In this document: positions 53,801 through 64,000 of the stretch, in pieces
Layout of the letters: the number at the start of each line of letters is the position of its first letter
Position numbering within the stretch: the first letter of the stretch is position 1
Assembly (NCBI RefSeq): GCF_021869535.1
Contig: NW_026262582.1
Location: 8,680,001 to 8,744,000 of the forward strand
From: Mytilus californianus
Taxonomy: Eukaryota
Reading direction: 5' to 3'
DNA length: 64,000 bases
Translations under genes and position numbers: made by a program
Notes under the pieces: generated by a model
What the model saw: the letters and a program-made list of their open reading frames with translations, nothing else
The model's database searches: none
Told to the model about the DNA's origin: nothing

Positions 53801-56800
53801 AGTCTATATACAAATAGAATTCTCATTTATTAAAAAAGATTATAATTTAAACCCTATCATAAAGACAGTAAACATACTAATGTATACACAGGCCATAGTG
53901 TGAACTTGTTTTGCTATATGATATAAAAACTAATATATATATATATACACTGTATATATATATATATACATAAGGTCAAAGACATGTTTTTCCCCATCCA
54001 GATATCCAACATGAATCATTGAATGTCCTTAAGAAATGAAGAATAAGAATTAATTTACGTGAGCAGTCATTTTATGTCTCTTTTGAATAGGAATTAATTT
54101 ATACAAGCAATGTGTGTCTTTTGGAATCAGAATATATTTTTGTTCAGTATAGAAGGGGAAAAATATGACATGTAAGAGATACTCATCAATGACTTACACT
54201 AAAAAAACAGTAAAATTACAGAAAAGCAAAGGAACTGCTCTTTTATTGTTGGTTTTCATCTAAGTCATAATGGTCACAGAGCCTTCAACACTTTTCAGAA
54301 CATGAAATAATTAAAAATACATGTAGCCTACATGCATGTGGCATTGAACAATGTAAATGTTTGACAATTCAATGCAAACAAAACATTGTATATGTACATC
54401 TAGTGCAAATTCATAAAAGGGGAATGGAATTAAATTTGAAGTTTTTTTTTTATATAACTGCAGTTTTTGTTGTCCTTTACTTTTTATGGTTTTTTCCCAT
54501 GTGTTACTGTCTTTTGCCCTTTTAGATACATGTGTACATGTGAATTAAGTCGTAAAATTGAAATCTAATTCACACCTTGGCGGCTTGGCCATGTGAAATC
54601 TTATAGTTTTAACTTTCTCACCAGGTGATTGCTGATAAGAATTTACCTGTTTCTGCTTACTAATTATGATCAGACTGATAATTACATATGGTAATACTGT
54701 ACATCAATTTATAAAGAAAAATAAATACTGTCTAATTTTTACTTATTGATGTTAAACAAAAATTTGATACAGATGTCAAATGCAAAACAGACTTAAAAAA
54801 GAGTATCATATTTTATCTAAAAATAATCATTATCATGATTATAACTTAAATTTTATAACATATATGGTTTGAAAAGTTTTGATGTATTGTTTCTCTTTAT
54901 ATATCTGAACATTCAATTAGGCAGACATTGATAGTTTTAATATGCTTAAATATATATATAGCTGTATCGATTGTATAGAATTTGAAAAAGCTAAATTATA
55001 TATATAAATTCTTCTGGCTAGCATACATGTACATGTAAATGTGTACTGAACGACTGCTTAGACAAAGCTCATCATGAACAATGGTCTAGAAATTAAAAAA
55101 AATTGAATGCATTTTTTTTACATCGCAAACCACTTGATACATGTATGTGATATACATGTATGTTGAATTCAATTTTTTTTTTAAATGTTTGAAATTTGAA
55201 GAAAACCTGTATTACTGATACGCATACACATACTTTATGAGGCCTCCTTATTTTCTACCTTGTCATGGCTCTTAAAAATCTTCCACTGAAGTATGTAAGA
55301 AGTACATGTACATGTATTTGAAACAAAAATATTTAACAACAATGACAATCAGAGACATGAATGAAAAGTAACTAAATCAAACTGTGGTAAACATTTTACT
55401 TTGACATTAATATAAATTTTGGTGCCATAATTTGATACAGATGTATGTAAACTCCTAATTTCAAACTCTTAACAGTCTATTATAAACCTGCCAAAGGATC
55501 ATTGACAAGAACTTCATTTTATATTTACAATATGTATAGAATCTGTTGAAAAGGGAAAATTTCATTCATTGCATGCATACACCAGTTCAATAAAAAAAAT
55601 AATAAATTTATTAGGTGCACATGTGCATGATGTGTATCCATGACCTTATGTACAAATGTTAGTTGTACATTGACATACATGTATTGTGTTGAAGCTGGAC
55701 TGCTATGTGTAATTCATCAAAACTAGTCAACAGTTGTTGTTATTTACAATGTAATTAAATGATTCAGTAACAATATGCTAATTTTTATGCCCCCGCTGTA
55801 GTGGAGGGGGCATTAATTTTTACCCTTGTCCGTCTGTACGTCCCAAATTGGGTTTCCTTTCTTTAACTTTAGTTTGCCTCAACCAAATGTTATGAAACTT
55901 ATACACAATGCTCATTACTATAAAATACAGATCAAGTGTGAAATTGGGTGGCGTCACTTATATCTTGAGTTATGCCCTTTCTAAACATAAAAATTGCTGA
56001 ATTGTTCGTTTCCGTTCTTTAACTTTTGTTTGCCTCAACCAAATGTTATGAAACTTATACACAATGCTTATTACCATAGAATACAGATCAATTAGAAATT
56101 GGATGGCTTCGCTTTTACTGTTCTTGAGTTATGCCCCATTCTAAACATAAAAATTGCTGAATTTTTGGTTTCCATTCTCTAACTTTATTTTTTTGTATTT
56201 CAGATTTATGACCGGTTTCAGCCTGTTGGTGTATGTCTAAGCTATGAGCAGTCACAACACCTTTTGCATGAAGTAGGCCAGTCATACACACAACAACTTG
56301 CTGCTGCCATAAATGAGGGCAAAAGATTAAGGATAGTTGGCGACAATGTAAACTATGCTGTTGGCATCAGGGACCAGAGGTCGCAGGACAATGGAAAAAC
56401 ACAACACCTTCATCATGCATTTGCTTCCATTGCTTTGATCCATGATGTTGACTTTGCACACCTTTCCTCGGAACGACCACAAAAGCCTTGGACTGATGTA
56501 AATGTACAGGATTTGCTCATGAATCAGGATGACTACCAAGCATTAAGACAAGACTATATTAATCAAATTGTAACTGTTGCAAAAAAGTATATTCCATATT
56601 TTAAATTCTTGGAAGACATTTCTCTACAGAACCCTATAGCTACAGGTACTATAACCAAGACAAGTGAAAACCACAAAAAACTAAGGTAATTCCACTGGAG
56701 ACTGTTCTTAAAAATGAAATGTACTATTCTGATGTTGTAGACATTTTAGACAGTTATGAAAACATATTGGAGACAACATTCAATGCAGCAGGAAAAGAAG

Positions 56801-58592
56801 TAACAGATGATGTCAAAATCCACATTGGTGGTGATCAACTTACCCGTGAGAGGTTTTCTGGTGCAAAAGGTTTAAGAGCAGCTGAAAACAATGTGAAAAA
56901 TCGCTTCGGACACCTGACCCCTATAACATTTGAAATGTTTCATCTTCTCATGAACTTCTTGCAAGGATTTTTTGACTTTTTGTATAGTGACAAAAGTGCG
57001 GGAGACCTTGGAACCCTCAAGTGTGAGATAAATAGAGTAATGAGAAGTCAGGTTGACCAAGATGTTAAAAAGGCTTATGATGCAGATAAAGACTTTGTGA
57101 TTGCCTTTGTAAATGCATACATTGTTGAACTATTATGTGAACGTTTCGGAATGGAGGACCATCTATCAGTCCCAACCAAAAATATTCCACCAGAATTTTC
57201 ATCAGTAGAGGAGAAAAAGACATGGATGAATGAGGTGATTGGAAAAATGGTTGATGAAATGGTGTGGCCAAAAAAAATTGAAGATATCCAGGATGATGTT
57301 ATTGGTAAGCATTAATACATGTAGCTTATAGTATACAATACAACTTGTAATTACTTCCATATTTAAGCATCTAGCTTTCAAATTTTTGGCTTATAGCATT
57401 CCTGATGAAGATTAATCTAGAAAAGCACTTCAACACTAACTTTTATAAAGTGTTAATGTTATATATTTCCTTACTTTTCACATACCTGTATATAAAACAT
57501 ATTTACTTTCACAATCCGACATAGTTATATGAGACTATATATCCCTAAAAAGGAAATGTGGTATGATTGCAAATGAGACAACTATCCACCAAAGATTGAA
57601 TGAAGTGAATGTAAGCAATTATAGGCAACTGTACAGCCTTCAATTTTGTTTCGTTTTGGTTTCTTAGGACACCAGATTTGTATTGAGATCAAACAAAATA
57701 CCCTTAAATCCTGTCAATGACTGTATACTGGCCTGGGTACCTTAGCTTTAATTGTTTAAAGTTCATTTGCATTTTTAACGGTTGTTTCATATAGTTAAAC
57801 TTGTGGAATTAATTCTTGGTTAATGTTATTTTCAGAGGATGGGCAGTACCTACCAGTAACATTGAAATTGTCAAATGGAACTGAGATCTCAATTTGTCCC
57901 AGAATCAGAACAACCAATAAGAAGTCGGTTGATGAAGGAAGTGACAAGGTTAAGAACTATGGACATTTAGTGTTAGAATTGGGTATGCTGTTTAAAGAGC
58001 TGTTGGGTGTTTGCAAATCTCCAGAACGGAATCAAATGTTGAGGTTGTTGAAGCACAGTATGACAGTATTTAAAGCGAGGTCCAATAACAGCAAATATGC
58101 TTTGGAAATACACCGCTTTCTGATACAACAAATTTCTACCTTGTCAGAAAGGAGGCAGCTGAGGTTGTTACAGGAATGTTTGTCAACACCAAAGGAAAGG
58201 TGGACAGTTATATCCCTGCTGACTTGCAGATGAAGTATATGGTCAAGACCATAAAAAAACACATAAAACATATGTATTCCAACAAAAGTGAAGCAAACAT
58301 TGCAAAGCAGACCAGATCCTTATCAGGAATTCAAGATTTATCAGAACATTTTGATAAAGCTAGTGGTGTAGTTCATAGATGCAAAAAACAAAAAAAAAAG
58401 GATTCTGATGGTGATGAGTTATTGATTATTCAAGACTTAAGAAAACTTAGACCATTTTCGTTTCAGTCAGGGAGACTTCATAATGCCTTTCCAAACATTA
58501 AGAAATCGGTTATTGAATATATGAATGTTGATCATTATCATTCTTGGATAAGATCTAGGATCGTTATCAATGCGAACGACCTAGGCCAATAA
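50807..58592 (+). pseudogene. AcademH-type transposase, unit 3 (two -1 frameshifts)
   Basis: Exons 50807-51448, 52320-52829, 56204-57304, 57836-58592. One A is missing in the runs at about 56675-56680 and 58148-58150 relative to unit 2; homopolymer sequencing error cannot be excluded. Confidence 0.75.
55782..56185 (+). mobile_element. Helentron-type non-autonomous element remnant with ~160-bp internal repeats in transposase intron 2 (uninterrupted in unit 3)
   Basis: T-run start, ATGCCCCC...GGGGGCAT hairpin, GTCCGTCTGTACGTCC microsatellite, then tandem TTTGCCTCAACCAAATGTTATGAAAC units. In units 1 and 2 it is split by the 2.4-kb element. Confidence 0.55.
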
Positions 58593-60746
58593 ATATTCCT
58601 GACATATTACATGTACATGTACTGACTGTGCCTACTTCTCTTCAGCATTAATATATTGTACCTAAACATTTGTACATTTTTTATATAGGTCAAATATTGC
58701 TGTCTTTGTTACTTTTTATAAGTGTAAACATGGTATGCAATTTCACTGAAATATTACTCTCTGTAGTGCTGCATAAGTTTTTCTCAATAATGCTACATAA
58801 GCTTTTTAAATGTTTCTCAATGTTGTGCTTGGTAAATGTTTCTCAATGTAGGGCTTGATAAGTGTATCTCAATTTTGTGCTTGATAAGAGTATCTCAATG
58901 TTGTTCTTGAAAAATGTATCTCAATGTTGTGCTTGGTAAATGTTTCTCAATGTAGTGCTTGATAAATTTTTCTCAATGTAGTGCTTGATAAATGTTTCTC
59001 AATGTAGTGCTTGATCAGTTTAAACAGTGTAGTGCTGCATTAATTTTATTTTTAAAGGAACACTGCTAATGCAATTGATTTATCCACAATAAATGACACA
59101 ATTGATAAATAACATAGATATATTAAAGTTAGGCCTGTGTTTAATCAGTTAATCAATTGCAATTTGAGTTTTTACCACGTTTTTGTGAATTTACGTGTCA
59201 TTCTGAAAGTTTTAACCCAATCTTGACTTTTAATTATTATGGTTATGTTGAGTATGTTTTTCTGAATGAAATGAATAAAATTATTAAATGATAATTTGTG
59301 CTGTACATACATCTTCAACGTATGCCATAATAAATATATTCCTAGATTCTGTATAGTTTTGTTACTAATTATTTTTTAAAAACTGACAGACAGAAGTGAA
59401 TTTAGGAATTTATTTATGATGGCCTAGCTAATGATTATGAATACACATCTATTTCCATATAAAAATATGTTGTATGGTTAGATTGCCAATGAGACAATTT
59501 TCCAATATGTCAATAAAAACAAAACAATAAAATTAAAGATTGCCCAGTAACACGTTATGGTTTCCATTTGACCTGCAACAATAAGCAAAAACAAGTTGGT
59601 ATTGTAAGTTATAAAAGACCCTTGAAATAAAAAAAATCTGAAATGATTCTACAGAGAACAAAAGAAAACCATTGAATTAAAGAATCCTGGCTCTTGATGT
59701 GAAAATCAGTATGAAAGGGACGATTGATTAAATCAGGACTATGCACAAAAACAAATAACCGAAAGGTAAACGCCAAAGTTAGTTCAAAGCCCAATTTCAA
59801 CAAATAAACCATGTTCTCAAAGACTAAACATCTAAAATGTCCATCATTACACTGCTATAGATTTAGGGATTAATTACTGCTTACTTAATGTAGCAATTAT
59901 TTCATGCATATTCATGACAATACAGATTTAATTAAGTGTAAGGACACAATGCAAGCAGTCTCATAAATGCAGGAATCAGGATACATATATATTTGCTACA
60001 AGTCATTCCCTAAGTGCTTTATAAGCAGCATTGGGTGCGTCTTGGTACATGTATGTACATTTGAACGAGTCCATTTCATACACAATACAGATAAGAAAGG
60101 ACCCTGGTTAAACACTTTTCAGGACCTCACGTACTGCTACCCATAATATTTATTATTCACTTGGTCTAGTCCTGAATATGCACGAAGGGTATGACCCTGT
60201 GGCTGTTCGACCACTTTTAAGCCCTAACTGTCATATTTATTTTTCACTTGTTCTAGTCCTGAATATAGATGAAATGTTTGCCACTGGACAAAAAGAAAAC
60301 AATCAATCAAAAGAGAATAAATAGAATCATCAAAAATTCTTAACAGTACACAGACAACACTAACTACCATTTCCTCTGAAAAAACAGACACACAAACCAC
60401 CACATGCTCCCCATAGCCAGACAAGGTATAGGCACCCAATGTGAAATCCCCAAAATTAATACAAAGAACAACACATGGAAATCAATTGAAGTCTGAGTGA
60501 TAACATTCATTATACAAATTACATTCTGTATTTAGTATTTAATAAATATATATTATGGCATGTGAAAGAAATTGAGAGTACTTATTCATGCGTATGTATA
60601 TCATGTATATGAGCGTCCTGGAACTTACAAAAAAACAATTCACTGAAAATATATAAAAATCTTTGGTTTTTGAAAGGTCATTTATATTTTTCATGTAGTT
60701 CATATCAAAGAAATGCTGTCCAGACAATGTATATGAACATAGTTGT

Positions 60747-63432
60747 TTAAGAAGAATGCTTAGCATGTCCAATAATCACAGCAATGTTCTCCGCATATTG
60801 GTGTTTTAAGTAAGGAAACAATTCCAGAATCTGTTGTACTGTCTCTAGACGTTCTCTAGAACTGCAGATTTTTTCAATCAGATCAAGGGACAGTCCTGTT
60901 GATGGAATATTGTTTGGCATTTCTGTAATTTCGCTTTCAGCCTTGAACTATTGAAACAATAAAGACCTTAACACTTCTTTATTGTCAGTTTCAAGCTTCA
61001 TTTTCTTTGATTTTTTCGGTAATTCCTCAGTCATGTCAGTTTCTAGTAAAGGTTCATAGCAAAGTAAACAGTCACAATGTTTCTCACAGTTATCACAACA
61101 GTCGTGACCATCAACCTTTCTGGCAAACTCACTTCCAAAATATTTGCATAAATTTTCCCACCTACAATCTGTTGTCATAACAAAGTCTCTAACTTCCTGA
61201 TCAACAGGCATATTTTTTCCTATATCGTACTTGTTGTAGTAAAGTGTTGCTGTTGCAAAAATTCCATCTCTGCCTGCTCGTCCAACTTCCTGAAGATATG
61301 CTGAAAAGAAAGCAAAAAATTAGTAACATTCAAATATACTACAATACATGTGTACATGCATCCATTAACACAAAAACACTACAATAAATTATTTTAGTGG
61401 AGGGGTCTGAAGAGATACAATGGCAAGTGACTCCTTAATGAAAAAGGTAGGTACATGTATCTGATATATTATCATTAGTGTGAATCAATTTTATGGTCTC
61501 CTCTTCTCTGTGAATATTGCATACATGTACATGTACATGCATGACTTGTATGAATATATTATTCAAAGGAAATATACTGAATAGGTTTGTTTCAGTTGTT
61601 TTATATTTGTCATTTCTGGACCTTTTATAACTGACTATGCAGTATGGATTTTGCTCATTGTTGAAGATCGCACGGTGACTTGTAATTGTTTTTTTATTCA
61701 TGTGTTTGTCACTTGGCCTCGGGTGGAGAGTTGTCTAATTGGCAATTATACTACATCTCCTTATTTTTACATTCTAGCACATCAACTTACTTTCCAAAGA
61801 GCTAGGAACCCCATAGTGTACCACTTGTCTTATATCAGGAGCATCAGTACCCATGCTATAGGCTTCTGTTGCAAACAGGAGACGTAGACTACCACAATTC
61901 ATCTGCTCAACAACTTCTGCTTTAAACTGTGAAATAATTAATAATTACTTAAATTATAATACATATCATGACATAATCAGACATCAATTTAACAAAATTT
62001 ATTATAAAAAATGAGCTTTCAGGCTACATGTAGTTTGCATATCATGCACATACTTATCGAAAATGTTAAAAAAGAACAAAGTAATCCATATTCGTAATCA
62101 TACAACGAATACATATATATACATCTGCTCACATTTGATGAAATAATTGCCAAGATTAAAAAGGGGGCAGGAAATTTTTTTCTTTGCTGAATATTCATTT
62201 TCATCAGTCATGTCAGTAACTAGTTCAGCTTGTTATTATTTTTGTGGTCGACAAAAATTTACTATTACGTGTACTCATTTATTTCCTACAGTATAATTCT
62301 TTTGAAGAATATCTATTTTCACCCTGTCTTTGAAAAGATTATCAGTTCTCAACGGGTCAGGATAATATTTTCAAATTCTACCCCTCCCCCTTTCTTAATA
62401 TCAAACAGTTGTCCCCTAAATACTTTTTAGGTCTAAAATTACCTTTTCTGTACATGGTGCATGGTACTGGGAAACAATTGTCTTAACTTCCTCACAAACT
62501 GAAGTCCCATCTTCCTCTGGCTTCATGGTCAATTGGTAGCCTTCTGCACACCACTTTAACTTTGAATAGACTACAGTTTTCGGAAATTTGTCTTTGTTTT
62601 TCCTCAGATCACTGATGAGTGGACTGATTACTGTCCTGAATGAGTCCAGAGTATTCTGTGGTGGCCTTTTTTCACACAGCAATTTAATATTGTCTCTAAC
62701 AATTGATGATTTAACAACATGAACTTTTTTCAAACATAGGGATTTTTCAATTGTTTCACACGTCTTTTGTGTTGCAGTTCCAGTCAATGCTAATACTCGG
62801 GAAAGAGGAAAGACTGATCTGAGCTGTGAAATCTTTTTGTAGTCTGTTCTGAAATCATTTCCCCATTTTTCAATACAATGTGCTTCATCTACTATGATGT
62901 AAGTCACCTTCTCTTGCCAACAAGAGTTCTTGAAAATGTCAAATACTGTCTTGTTAAGTATGTGCTCAGGATGTCCTATTACAAAGCGATAATTTGACTG
63001 TCTAAATCTGCAGACATCACACACACAATGTTCTTCACTGTTTATACCAAGATCACATTGGTTCTCCTTCAATTTCTCTATAAATCCCATTGTTATACAA
63101 ACAGCGTCTTTCCCATACCTTTGTAATTGTTCAGTTATGATTGAATTTAATGGACTTACTATCAAAACTGTCGGTATCTGCTTGTAATTTTGATATGACA
63201 AAGTTTCAAAAATTAAGGATTTTCCATATCCAGTGCGAAGACACGCAATTATGTCACTTTCCTTTAATAAATTTATGCAATCTGCTTGTTTAGGCTTATG
63301 AAAGTTATATTCAGTTTGTCTTTTCATGTTTATGCACGATAAAGCATACTTCAAACCTAAACTGTTCTCAAATTTACTTAGTATTGTTGTATTGAATCTG
63401 CCGACTATGGAGGACGCCATTGTTGTTGTCAT
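60747..63432 (-). pseudogene. RecQ-like SF2 helicase, unit 3 (same TAG as unit 1)
   Basis: Exons 63432-62443, 61926-61791, 61300-60747; TAG at 60948-60950. Confidence 0.8.
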
Positions 63433-63546
63433 ATTTAGCTTTCCCAGTGTGCATTGCGCGACAAAATTAGGACTAACCAATCACGACAGGCAGTATATTG
63501 ATACACGCCTGGCTATACTGACAAGATTAGCCAGGACCCCAGGCTA

Positions 63547-63611
63547 ACTGACAGGCAGTATATTGATACACGCCTGGCTATACTGACAAGATTAGCCAGG
63601 ACCCCAGGCTA
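63547..63611 (+). repeat. Displaced right end: internal 9-bp TSD ACTGACAGG plus the terminal 56 bp
   Basis: Duplicates 63483-63546, except that the inner copy reads AC-GACAGG (1-bp deletion). Confidence 0.9.
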
Positions 63612-64000
63612 AGTTTCCTTAACTTAAATGTTTACTAAGGAAAATCTTAACTTAAGTAGCTTTATGCATACGGTCCCTGAGGGATGACTCAGGTGTAGAA
63701 AAATATGAAAAATTTTTACATACAGGTGAAAATGAATTTTTGAGAATTATTTTGAATTATGTATTAACTGTATGATAATAGACCTATAGTAGCCTTAGTG
63801 TTATAATGATAGCAGAAAAAGCAAACGGCCAAAAGCTGTCACGTCCGGTCTGTGTTTTCGTTAGATGTTTTCTGCTGTGTATCGATCTGATGCGTTCAGC
63901 CCTTTTCAACAGATTTTTGTAGTTTGTTCTTATATTGTACTGTTACATCACTGTCCCAGGTAAGGGGAGGGTTTAACGACAGTAAACTAGTTTAACTCCG

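Larger units (their letters stand above)
50532..63546 (+). mobile_element. AcademH unit 3 (13,015 bp; innermost, both termini present, lacks two nested insertions)
   Basis: Starts TAGCCTGG at 50532 and ends CCAGGCTA at 63546, followed by ACTGACAGG. Confidence 0.88.
17191..63611. mobile_element. 46.4-kb composite AcademH transposon array (three nested/tandem units) with 9-bp TSD
   Basis: Termini TAGCCTGGCATCCCGGC and (reverse complement) TAGCCTGGGGTCCTGGC, 14/17 identical. Perfect TSD AGTTTCCTT at 17182-17190 and 63612-63620. Each unit encodes a transposase-like protein plus a RecQ-like helicase. A helicase gene with 9-10-bp TSDs defines the AcademH lineage (Kojima 2020, Mobile DNA). Confidence 0.9.
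15475..63676. mobile_element. PIF/Harbinger-like non-autonomous element (~1.77 kb: 15475-17190 plus 63621-63676) split by the AcademH array
   Basis: Left end GGTCTGTATGCATAAAATATCTTAAGTTAAG; right end reverse complement GGACCGTATGCATAAAGCTACTTAAGTTAAG; 3-bp direct repeat CTG on both flanks (15472-15474, 63677-63679). Superfamily inferred from the 3-bp TSD and GG-start termini. Confidence 0.65.

Noticed and set aside
55990-56060. Unit 3 appearing to have a 2.4-kb deletion between intronic direct repeats
   Set aside because: The extra DNA in units 1 and 2 has its own TIRs and TA duplication, so unit 3 is the empty site.

Overview
AT-rich metazoan genomic DNA with no recognisable host gene; the repeat landscape suggests a bivalve, possibly Mytilus-like (inference). 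The main feature is a 46.4-kb head-to-tail array (17191-63611) of three near-identical copies of an AcademH-type DNA transposon. Each copy encodes a spliced ~1000-aa putative transposase (+ strand) and a convergent spliced 559-aa RecQ-like SF2 helicase (- strand). The whole array is bounded by one pair of imperfect TIRs (TAGCCTGG...CCAGGCTA) and one perfect 9-bp TSD (AGTTTCCTT). The internal junctions are not TIR-TIR joints: each new copy starts right after the 9-mer ACTGACAGG in the previous copy's own right subterminal region, and that 9-mer plus the displaced 56-bp right end reappears after the last copy. This is the signature of the element inserting into itself. The array in turn sits inside a PIF/Harbinger-like non-autonomous element (15475-63676), also 56 bp from its right end. 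Only the middle copy has both reading frames open. The copies differ by nested insertions (a 2.4-kb TA-TSD element, a Helentron-type HINE, a 206-bp MITE). The first 15 kb is non-coding and repeat-rich, and includes an 8.1-kb element with perfect 27-bp TIRs and subterminal minisatellites. All coordinates and comparisons were read by eye; no database searches were run.
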